Assembly (NCBI RefSeq): GCF_028765575.1
Contig: NZ_JARACO010000002.1
Location: 130,733-154,732 of the forward strand
Reading direction: 5' to 3'
Origin: Aliivibrio sp. S3MY1
GTDB lineage: Bacteria; Pseudomonadota; Gammaproteobacteria; Enterobacterales; Vibrionaceae
Length of the DNA stretch: 24,000 nt
A program made the position numbers and the translations under genes. Every line of letters begins with the position of its first letter. Position 1 is the stretch's first letter. Positions 9,751 through 16,169 of the stretch are shown in pieces. Below the pieces are notes generated by a model, which was given only the letters and a program-made list of their open reading frames with translations, searched no databases and had not been told where the DNA came from.

Positions 9751-9926
9751 TTAATTTCATAGCGTTAAAAAGTAAATTATTAAAAATTAGAAACTCATGA
9801 AGAAAGGTAGTATTAGTATCTAAAAGTTAAGGTTATCTCGAGTTTTCTACACAGCAGCGTTAATCAAACTTAGTATCGTAATATTAGCGAACAGACTGCT
9901 TGATTGAAGTTTACTACGTAACAATA

Positions 9927-9980
9927 ATAAGCCAGTAATTTAATCTTAGATAAATTACTGGCTTATTATATTTTATTTTA
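9927..9980 (+). terminator. Terminator-like hairpin (possibly bidirectional) at the left edge of the dif gap
   Basis: Perfect 16-bp AT-rich stem ataagccagtaattta / taaattactggcttat (9927..9942 and 9951..9966) with an 8-nt loop, followed by tatattttatttta. Confidence 0.55.
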
Positions 9981-9983
9981 ACA

Positions 9984-9996
9984 GTTACAGTGTAAC
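9984..9996. other. matS-like palindrome (variant arms), left flank of dif
   Basis: GTTACAGTGTAAC, embedded in the perfect 15-bp palindrome AGTTACAGTGTAACT (9983..9997). It ends 193 bp before dif. Confidence 0.5.
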
Positions 9997-10036
9997 TAGT
10001 ATTATGGCAAAGCGTATTAAGAACAGAGATGTTCTA

Positions 10037-10086
10037 AGCTAATAATCATTAGATAGATACGAAGTATTATTTAATGATTATTAGCT
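10037..10086. repeat. Inverted repeat with 14-bp arms and a 22-bp spacer
   Basis: agctaataatcatt (10037..10050) is the exact reverse complement of aatgattattagct (10073..10086). Confidence 0.8.
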
Positions 10087-10189
10087 ATTTTATGGTAAAT
10101 ATGATTATGGTTAAATTACCTGTTATTGGAAGAGTTAGAGTAGTGATGGGGAAGATAAAACAGACTAATATCAAGTATAACCATATCTC

Positions 10190-10217
10190 ATTTAACATAA
10201 TATACATAATGCGCACT
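10190..10217 (-). other. dif: dif, the XerC/XerD chromosome dimer resolution site
   Basis: The minus strand reads AGTGCGCATTA-TGTATA-TTATGTTAAAT. It matches 26 of 28 positions of E. coli dif (GGTGCGCATAATGTATATTATGTTAAAT) and 27 of 28 of V. cholerae dif1 as I recall it. Confidence 0.9.
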
Positions 10218-10345
10218 GTGATATACAGTAATAATAGATGATAATTTACTGATAACCATGAGTTTTAGTCAATTATCTGTTATTTATGTCTTTTGAATTT
10301 GTATCTTATTATCTTAGTCAGTTACACTAACTTAATTATATGATT

Positions 10346-10358
10346 GTTACCTTGTCAC
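10346..10358. other. matS-like palindrome (one variant arm), right flank of dif
   Basis: GTTACCTTGTCAC, starting 128 bp after dif and lying 50 bp upstream of the lipoprotein gene. Confidence 0.45.
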
Positions 10359-10408
10359 AATTAGCTTCAACGTTGTTTTGTGTTCAAGTATTTACCTAAG
10401 GTTTTTAA

Positions 10409-10966
10409 ATGAAAAATAATAAACTGACTCTCCTTGCATTGCTTTCCAGTTTACTGCTTTCTGGCTGCGCTAGTTATTCTATTACAGAAAAAGAAATGAC
10501 TGACTATCTGTCCGATGAAATTCATGTGGAAAAGTCTGTTGGGATCCCCGGCTTACTCTACGCTCAGGTTAATGTTGAAAATGTTAATGTTCAAATCGGA
10601 CGTATTGATGCTGATAGGATCAGTGTTTTCGCAAACACGACAGCTGATATTCAAATGATGGATAAATTAGAACAAACCCTATCACTTACTTTAGAATTTA
10701 GTGCTATTCCTAAATACGATAAAGAAACTGGCGAGATTTATTTGAAGTCTCTTCGCTTAGAGAAATTTGAGGATAAAAATAAACAATTATCACCAGAACT
10801 GACGTCATTATTAAAACCAGCCGTTTCTATCATCGGTTATGCGTTATCTAATGAACCGGCTTATAAGTTAAATTCAGAGAAACTAAAGGAATCTCTAATA
10901 AAGTCAGCTGAACCTAATTTGGCTATTAAGAACAATAAGCTTGTGATTGATTTGTTTGGTAAGTAA
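10409..10966 (+). CDS. Lipoprotein, DUF1439 (YceB-like) family
   Basis: 185-aa ORF with a signal peptide and lipobox LLLSGC. Its size and sequence character resemble YceB-type lipoproteins. Confidence 0.7.
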   Translation: MKNNKLTLLALLSSLLLSGCASYSITEKEMTDYLSDEIHVEKSVGIPGLLYAQVNVENVNVQIGRIDADRISVFANTTADIQMMDKLEQTLSLTLEFSAIPKYDKETGEIYLKSLRLEKFEDKNKQLSPELTSLLKPAVSIIGYALSNEPAYKLNSEKLKESLIKSAEPNLAIKNNKLVIDLFGK

Positions 10967-11010
10967 TAAATCAATTAGTTATAGTGCACTAGGCTACGTT
11001 TGATTAATAA

Positions 11011-11043
11011 CTACATGAGCTGTTACTTTAATAGCTCATGTAG
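11011..11043. terminator. Hairpin between the convergent lipoprotein and matP genes (overlaps the matP stop)
   Basis: Perfect 11-bp stem ctacatgagct / agctcatgtag with an 11-nt loop. The flanking T-tracts are weak. Confidence 0.45.
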
Positions 11044-11469
11044 ATCTGCTTTAAGTGATGACACTGTTTGACTCGCCTTTTCTGTTCTCGAGGCCTCACT
11101 TAATAAATACTCAATCGTATCTGATAGTGTTGAGTCTAAATCCTGTGCTCTAAGAGAAAGCTTTTCCCACACACGATAATCTAAGTCGATTGATTTCTTA
11201 CGCGTATGTTCTTGTTCTGCATTAAAGTGACGCTTTCTTTTCGCTCGAATTGCTTGCTTTAGCTTATTCTCTAAATCAGGATTCATATGTTTTTGGATCC
11301 ATTCGAGTGATTTTACCGGCTCATGCTCTAGTTTTAAGAACTCATTAACCTGTTGTTGTTGTTCACTAGAATCGATATAACACGTAATTGATCCCCCCAT
11401 ACGATGCTTATTAAATAAATACATCCATTTCCAACCGGCTTCTAGATTTTCAAGTTGTTGGTATTTCAT
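11023..11469 (-). CDS. matP: Macrodomain Ter organiser protein MatP
   Basis: MKYQQLENLEAGWKW..., RAKRKRHFNAEQEHTRKKSIDL... is colinear with E. coli MatP. The track ORF starts 3 codons earlier at a GTG; I prefer the ATG at 11469. Confidence 0.93.
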   Translation of the reverse strand: MKYQQLENLEAGWKWMYLFNKHRMGGSITCYIDSSEQQQQVNEFLKLEHEPVKSLEWIQKHMNPDLENKLKQAIRAKRKRHFNAEQEHTRKKSIDLDYRVWEKLSLRAQDLDSTLSDTIEYLLSEASRTEKASQTVSSLKADLHELLK

Positions 11470-11502
11470 ATAACGCACTCATATTAAAGAGAATAAATTT
11501 GA

Positions 11503-11515
11503 GTGACAGTGTAAC
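11503..11515. other. matS-like palindrome in the matP promoter region
   Basis: GTGACAGTGTAAC, 34 bp upstream of the matP ATG. Its 15-mer AGTGACAGTGTAACT differs by one base from the site at 9983..9997. Confidence 0.55.
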
Positions 11516-11536
11516 TCTAGTTTGCATTATCATCAA
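11508..11536 (-). promoter_or_regulatory. Candidate sigma70 promoter of matP
   Basis: The minus strand reads TTGATG, 17 nt, TACACT. The -10 hexamer lies inside the matS-like site. Confidence 0.35.
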
Positions 11537-11649
11537 CATTCTTCGTGGATAATGAGATTAAGATCTAATTGGTAATGTAACTACTGAAAAATCAGACGTG
11601 TGTAGTTATGTCATGTATAATCAGTTTTATTTTTTATCAATAAGTAAGC

Positions 11650-13317
11650 ATGCAGTTAGACACGCCATTTCTAATCGAACCTCAGTACGATCATATTCAA
11701 GATGCCTTGGATCAATCTCACTCAATCGACGCACAATCCCCCTATTCTCTGCAGCCAAAATTGACTCAAGCTTTAGAGGTTTTCTCTCATATAAATGGCA
11801 TTAATATACTGCAAATCAATGCGCTAGATAATCACGTTTATCGTGAATATATCGCAAACTGGTTATGCTTAAACACATCAAATCGCTTAGCTAATGACGA
11901 AATGGTCCCTGTTGTGGTTATTGAAAGTGCCTCTGAAGCAGAGCTTTTCGGTGTTTATCATAATAAAAGTGATATTCTTGAACATGGCTTATTACAAAAA
12001 GCCAATGGTGGTTTTCTAATTATTTCACCAAGTCTCCTACTGGCAAATCCACACTTTTGGCCAAGACTTAAAAGTTTATTACAAGGTCACCCGATAACAA
12101 TTTCAGCAAGTGATTCAAAGTCACCAATGCCGCATACGCACCGTTTAATGGTTGATGTTAAATTAGTTATCGTTAGTGATCGTGCTTTACTTGGGGAAAT
12201 CGAACAATTAGAGCCCGACTTGCTCGCTGGCATGTCAATGTTTGCAGAATATGAGTTTGATACCACATTAGAAAGTGACACGGTAACTGACTACATAAAA
12301 CTGATTAACTCACTATCTATTAAGAATAAACACTTACCGCTACAAAATGGTTCTGCTTTATTACCGTTACTCAAAGCAGGCGCAAGAGAATGTGAAGATC
12401 AAACTCGACTTAACTTGTGTTTATTATGGTTAAACTCTATTTTAGCTCATGCTTCTTTGGCTTCACTGTCAAAAGAATATATTACTGCTGATGATTTTAA
12501 CCAATCATTTAAAACCAAGTATCATATTGAATCCTATTTACCATCGAGAGCCCTAGATGATATTTTAGAGCAAAATATATTCATTGAAACTCAAGGTGAA
12601 CAAATTGGTCAAATCAATGGGTTAACTGTTGTCTCTGTACCCGGACACCCTATTTCTTACGGTGAACCTTCTCGAATTACCTGTGTCGTACATGCGGGTG
12701 ATGGTGAATTATCAGATGTAGAACGCAAAGTAGAATTAGGTGGCGATCTTCATGCTAAAGGCATGTTGATAATGCAAGCTTATATACTTAGCCAGTTAAA
12801 AACTCATGAACCACTTCCTTTTACGGCCTCGATGGTATTTGAACAATCTTACTGTGAAGTTGATGGTGACAGTGCAAGTTTAGCTGAGCTGTGTGCATTT
12901 TTAAGTGCCCTTGCGATAAAACCAATTAATCAAAGTTTGGCAATTACTGGTTCTGTCGATCAGTTCGGTATGATTCAACCAATTGGCGGCGTAAACGAAA
13001 AAATTGAAGCCTTCTTCCAGCTGTGTGAAAAACGCGGGTTAACTGGTGAGCAAGGTGTTATTATCCCAAAAACAAACGGAATTAATCTTGTACTTTCCGA
13101 TGAGGTAATTCAAGCAGTTAATGAAAAACAGTTTACTATTCATCTTGTTAGTCATGTTGAAGAAGCTGTAGAATTATTAACAGGATTACCATTGCAATCT
13201 GAAGAGCACGAATCGATTTTCTCTTTAATTGCTCAACATATAGAAGATGTTGAACATAATCCGAACCAGTGTTCCGCTTTATTCTGTCGTATTAAGAACT
13301 GGTTTAACCAGCGCTGA
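11650..13317 (+). CDS. ycbZ: Lon-like protease homolog (YcbZ/LonH type; C-terminal Lon S16 protease domain)
   Basis: 555-aa ORF whose C-terminal half is colinear with E. coli YcbZ (GEPSRITCVVH, ERKVELGG..HAKG, FEQSY.EVDGDSAS.AELCA, ITGSVDQFG..QPIGGVNEKIE). It lies between matP and fabA as in E. coli. Confidence 0.85.
   Translation: MQLDTPFLIEPQYDHIQDALDQSHSIDAQSPYSLQPKLTQALEVFSHINGINILQINALDNHVYREYIANWLCLNTSNRLANDEMVPVVVIESASEAELFGVYHNKSDILEHGLLQKANGGFLIISPSLLLANPHFWPRLKSLLQGHPITISASDSKSPMPHTHRLMVDVKLVIVSDRALLGEIEQLEPDLLAGMSMFAEYEFDTTLESDTVTDYIKLINSLSIKNKHLPLQNGSALLPLLKAGARECEDQTRLNLCLLWLNSILAHASLASLSKEYITADDFNQSFKTKYHIESYLPSRALDDILEQNIFIETQGEQIGQINGLTVVSVPGHPISYGEPSRITCVVHAGDGELSDVERKVELGGDLHAKGMLIMQAYILSQLKTHEPLPFTASMVFEQSYCEVDGDSASLAELCAFLSALAIKPINQSLAITGSVDQFGMIQPIGGVNEKIEAFFQLCEKRGLTGEQGVIIPKTNGINLVLSDEVIQAVNEKQFTIHLVSHVEEAVELLTGLPLQSEEHESIFSLIAQHIEDVEHNPNQCSALFCRIKNWFNQR
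12275..12287. other. matS-like palindrome (one variant arm, non-RNY centre)
   Basis: GTGACACGGTAAC, inside the ycbZ-like coding sequence. Confidence 0.4.
13297..13313. promoter_or_regulatory. FadR-box-like palindrome upstream of the fabA promoter
   Basis: AACTGGTTTAACCAGCG contains the perfect CTGGTT-T-AACCAG palindrome; compare the FadR operator core CTGGT-N3-ACCAG. It overlaps the last codons of the ycbZ-like gene. Confidence 0.45.
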
Positions 13318-13323
13318 TCAGAC

Positions 13324-13352
13324 TTGATAAGCGCACAAGTGTTAGCTAGAAT
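13324..13352 (+). promoter_or_regulatory. fabA sigma70 promoter
   Basis: TTGATA (13324..13329), a 17-bp spacer, then TAGAAT (13347..13352), about 30 bp upstream of the fabA ATG. Confidence 0.6.
13330..13347. promoter_or_regulatory. FabR operator-like sequence filling the fabA promoter spacer
   Basis: AGCGCACAAGTGTTAGCT matches 16 of 18 positions of the E. coli fabA/fabB FabR palindrome AGCGTACACGTGTTAGCT as I recall it. Confidence 0.55.
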
Positions 13353-13382
13353 CTCAGCAACTTATTTAGGAGTAATACTTTA

Positions 13383-13901
13383 ATGCAAAACAAACCTAGT
13401 TCATACAATCGTGAAGATTTACTAGCATCAAGCCGTGGCGAATTATTTGGCGCAAACGGACCACAACTACCTGCACCAAACATGTTAATGATGGATCGCA
13501 TCCCTCTTATGTCTGAAACAGAAGGTCTATTTGGTAAAGGTAAAGTTATCGCTGAGCTAGATATTACTCCAGACCTTTGGTTCTTCGATTGTCACTTCCC
13601 AGGTGATCCAGTAATGCCAGGTTGTCTTGGTCTTGATGCAATGTGGCAACTAGTTGGTTTCTTCCTTGGTTGGATTGGTGGCGAAGGTAAAGGTCGTGCT
13701 TTAGGTGTGGGTGAAGTTAAATTTACAGGTCAAGTTCTACCTACCGCTAAAAAAGTAACGTATGAAATTGATTTTAAACGTGTTATCAACCGTAAATTAG
13801 TAATGGGCCTAGCGGATGGTCGTGTTCTAGTTGATGGTAAAGAAATCTACGTTGCGAAAGATCTTAAAGTGGGTCTTTTTCAAGACACATCAAACTTCTA
13901 A
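13383..13901 (+). CDS. fabA: 3-hydroxydecanoyl-ACP dehydratase / trans-2-decenoyl-ACP isomerase
   Basis: 172-aa ORF, near-identical to E. coli FabA, including the active-site region [24 protein letters not shown]. Confidence 0.97.
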   Translation: MQNKPSSYNREDLLASSRGELFGANGPQLPAPNMLMMDRIPLMSETEGLFGKGKVIAELDITPDLWFFDCHFPGDPVMPGCLGLDAMWQLVGFFLGWIGGEGKGRALGVGEVKFTGQVLPTAKKVTYEIDFKRVINRKLVMGLADGRVLVDGKEIYVAKDLKVGLFQDTSNF

Positions 13902-13920
13902 TTTAAGAATGTATTGATTG

Positions 13921-13951
13921 ATAAAGCTAGCCTTATGCTGGCTTTATTTTT
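13921..13951 (+). terminator. Rho-independent terminator of fabA
   Basis: 11-bp stem ataaagctagc / gctggctttat (one G-U pair) with loop cttat, followed by a T-run. Confidence 0.7.
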
Positions 13952-14058
13952 ACCCAAACCACTATAGTTATAGTGCTCTAGGCCGTAATTAGATGACCCT
14001 CGTTCGTTAACCAATAATAATGATCAGATACTTAATGGCATTGGTCTTACTCTAGATA

Positions 14059-14089
14059 AAATTAAAGCCCCATAAAGAGGCTTTAATTT
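14059..14089 (-). terminator. Terminator-like hairpin downstream of rmf
   Basis: Perfect 11-bp stem aaattaaagcc / ggctttaattt with a 9-nt loop, 15 bp beyond the rmf stop. The U-rich tail is partly within the stem. Confidence 0.55.
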
Positions 14090-14103
14090 GAAATTCTATT
14101 TAA

Positions 14104-14277
14104 TTATTTGAACAAACCGGAATGTTTGTCATCTCTTGCGTCCCGCCAACCTCCTAGCCAACATGAACGAGCATCCATTGCTTGATATGGGCAGTTCTCT
14201 GATGAACGGCCATTTAAACCAGCCTTGTAACCTTGTGATTGTGCTCGCTCTAAACGGTCACGCTTTTGTCTCTTCAT
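14104..14277 (-). CDS. rmf: Ribosome modulation factor (57 aa; absent from the ORF track)
   Basis: Hand translation gives MKRQKRDRLERAQSQGYKAGLNGRSSENCPYQAMDARSCWLGGWRDARDDKHSGLFK, colinear with E. coli Rmf (MKRQKRDRLERAHQRGYQAGIAGRSKEMCPYQ...WLGGWREA). It lies next to fabA as in E. coli. Confidence 0.92.
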   Translation of the reverse strand: MKRQKRDRLERAQSQGYKAGLNGRSSENCPYQAMDARSCWLGGWRDARDDKHSGLFK

Positions 14278-14423
14278 AGTTCAGTCCTCATAGATGGAAG
14301 GCATAATGCTTCAATAAATATACTACTTTACTACTGATACCCTTTTATTCCGTTAGGGTTCATCACGAACATTTCATGATGACAATATTAAGAATCGGAC
14401 AAGTTGAATCTTTTTTCAAGTCT

Positions 14424-14460
14424 AAAAAAAGCCCGAAGTCTCAATTTGTGACTTCGGGCT
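14424..14460 (-). terminator. Rho-independent terminator ending the rlmL-to-GlyGly-CTERM gene string
   Basis: 11-bp GC-rich stem agcccgaagtc / gacttcgggct (14430..14440 and 14450..14460), followed on the minus strand by a T-run of 6 or more. It lies 18 bp after the stop at 14479. Confidence 0.85.
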
Positions 14461-14478
14461 TAGTCTTATAAATTGCTT

Positions 14479-16161
14479 TTATTTAATTCGCTTTCGCATG
14501 AAACCAAATAAACCAAGCAGTGTCAGAGCACCAAAACCAAGTGAACCACCTTGACGTTCGATGATACTGTTCTCAGATGGACGATCATCAATATCAGAAG
14601 CTGTAGCTCCTGCAATTGGAACTAGCTTAACTGCAACTACAGTTTCAGTTGTACTTCCGTTACCACAATAAGAGTCACTCGCTACAGAGTCATAACCACC
14701 AGCACATTTAAGTGCAGTTGCTGAGATAACACCAGCGTCATTAATATCACTTGCATCGTAGATTCTATATTGATTGTTATGGGAACTTTCTGTTCCACCA
14801 TTGGTCAAATCATCAATTATCCAAGCTCTTTTGTTGAAAATATCTTTACGCTCTTGAACAGACCCTTGATCAACAGTTCCGTATGGGTAAATAAACGCAC
14901 GTTGACGACGTTGCTTACCATCGTATTCACGGTTATTTTCTACATCTACACGGCCAACAATTTCATTGAAATTATTGATCCCGCCCATCTCTCCGCCTGC
15001 ACCAGCAAAAAAGATTTCACTAGAAAGAAAAGAAGCTCTAGGTGTTGGGCTTGAAGTGTCTGAAATAACAAATAAACGATTAGCGACCGCACCATTTTGA
15101 GGATAACTACCCGAGCGCTTTGCTTGACCAACAGCAACTAAATTTTTATTTATATTTGTTACAACAGAATTAGAGTGAATAAAATCACCACCTATTTCAG
15201 CTTGAGCATTTGCAACAGTATTAGAGTCCCAATTACTCTTACTAATATCAGTACCTGGTGTTTTTTGCTTAAAAATAGTTGCTTGCATTAAGCGTGAATC
15301 GCCATCGGCAGTACTATTATATCCAACAATATACATGCGATCTGAATCATTAGCATCGATAATTAAATCACGAGCACTACCTTGAGCATAAATATCATTT
15401 CCGCTGCCGTTATCTGAGGTGTTTTTCCAATTTAATTCTATTGGTGTATTGCTCCCATCCCATATAGCTGCTTTAGAGAAATTATTTATATGTCCAGTTC
15501 CTGAAGATATACTACCTACTGTATATGTATCCTCTTTTGCCCATGCTCTAGATTGTTTACCAGTTCCATTAGCTAAATCAGCTGAATTAAATGCTTGATT
15601 TCGGGTAGTTGATGAATGGTAATTTCCAATAGCTTCAGCTCCAGATACTAGACTATTAATTACTACGTTAGTATCTGTTTTTCTAAAAGCAACTTTGTCA
15701 ATAAATGCTGCTGAATTATTTGGTGGCGTATTGCCTCCATTTAATTCGTTATACCAGCCTTCCCATTGATTTGAAGCCCAGGCTTCACAGGTAGAGTAAC
15801 CTAATTGAAAAAAGCAATAGTCTTCAAAACCATTATATCCGTCTTCAATATAATCAAAAGAATTATCGATCGCGAATGCAACTTCTTCGCGATAAGACAC
15901 GCCTTCAGCCCAATTACGAGTTTCGTTTGCTACAACAAAACTATCACATGCTTTTCCTGTCACACTTGGTGATCCAAAACACCCTAAAGGTTCAGTGGCC
16001 TCATCAACTATGACTGGTTCAACCGCAGTTCCATAATATTCTATACTTCCACGTGGATCTGGATCTGCATTTACTTCCACCACTTTATAAAGCGCCGCTT
16101 GCGCAGGAAGCGCAGCGGACACCAAAACAGCTAATGTGGTTAATTGTAATTTACTACTCAT
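14479..16161 (-). CDS. Secreted repeat protein with a GlyGly-CTERM (rhombosortase) sorting signal; probably DUF3466 family
   Basis: 560-aa ORF with signal peptide ...AALPAQA|A. The C-terminus GGSLGFGALTLLGLFGFMRKRIK shows Gly-Gly, then a TM, then a basic tail. Internal recurring I-N-x-x-x-V-(V/I)-G-like segments suggest a repeat or propeller fold. A good Shine-Dalgarno sequence (AGGAAG) is present. Confidence 0.75.
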   Translation of the reverse strand: MSSKLQLTTLAVLVSAALPAQAALYKVVEVNADPDPRGSIEYYGTAVEPVIVDEATEPLGCFGSPSVTGKACDSFVVANETRNWAEGVSYREEVAFAIDNSFDYIEDGYNGFEDYCFFQLGYSTCEAWASNQWEGWYNELNGGNTPPNNSAAFIDKVAFRKTDTNVVINSLVSGAEAIGNYHSSTTRNQAFNSADLANGTGKQSRAWAKEDTYTVGSISSGTGHINNFSKAAIWDGSNTPIELNWKNTSDNGSGNDIYAQGSARDLIIDANDSDRMYIVGYNSTADGDSRLMQATIFKQKTPGTDISKSNWDSNTVANAQAEIGGDFIHSNSVVTNINKNLVAVGQAKRSGSYPQNGAVANRLFVISDTSSPTPRASFLSSEIFFAGAGGEMGGINNFNEIVGRVDVENNREYDGKQRRQRAFIYPYGTVDQGSVQERKDIFNKRAWIIDDLTNGGTESSHNNQYRIYDASDINDAGVISATALKCAGGYDSVASDSYCGNGSTTETVVAVKLVPIAGATASDIDDRPSENSIIERQGGSLGFGALTLLGLFGFMRKRIK

Positions 16162-16169
16162 TTAACTTC

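Noticed and set aside
10146-10241. 31-codon ORF (MGKIKQTNIKYNHISFNIIYIMRTVIYSNNR) reading across the dif site
   Set aside because: It has no convincing Shine-Dalgarno sequence and an AT-driven amino-acid composition. The sequence is explained by dif itself.
11598-11804. 68-aa plus-strand ORF overlapping the start of the ycbZ-like gene
   Set aside because: It is an alternative frame of the Lon-like protease 5' region with no homology signal. The 11650 ATG frame continues into a clearly conserved protein.
12078-12090. ATTACAAGGTCAC, and GTGACAGTGCAAG at about 12866..12878, as additional matS-like sites
   Set aside because: Each deviates at two positions outside the tolerated arm position 3. 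I did not count them, to avoid inflating the cluster.
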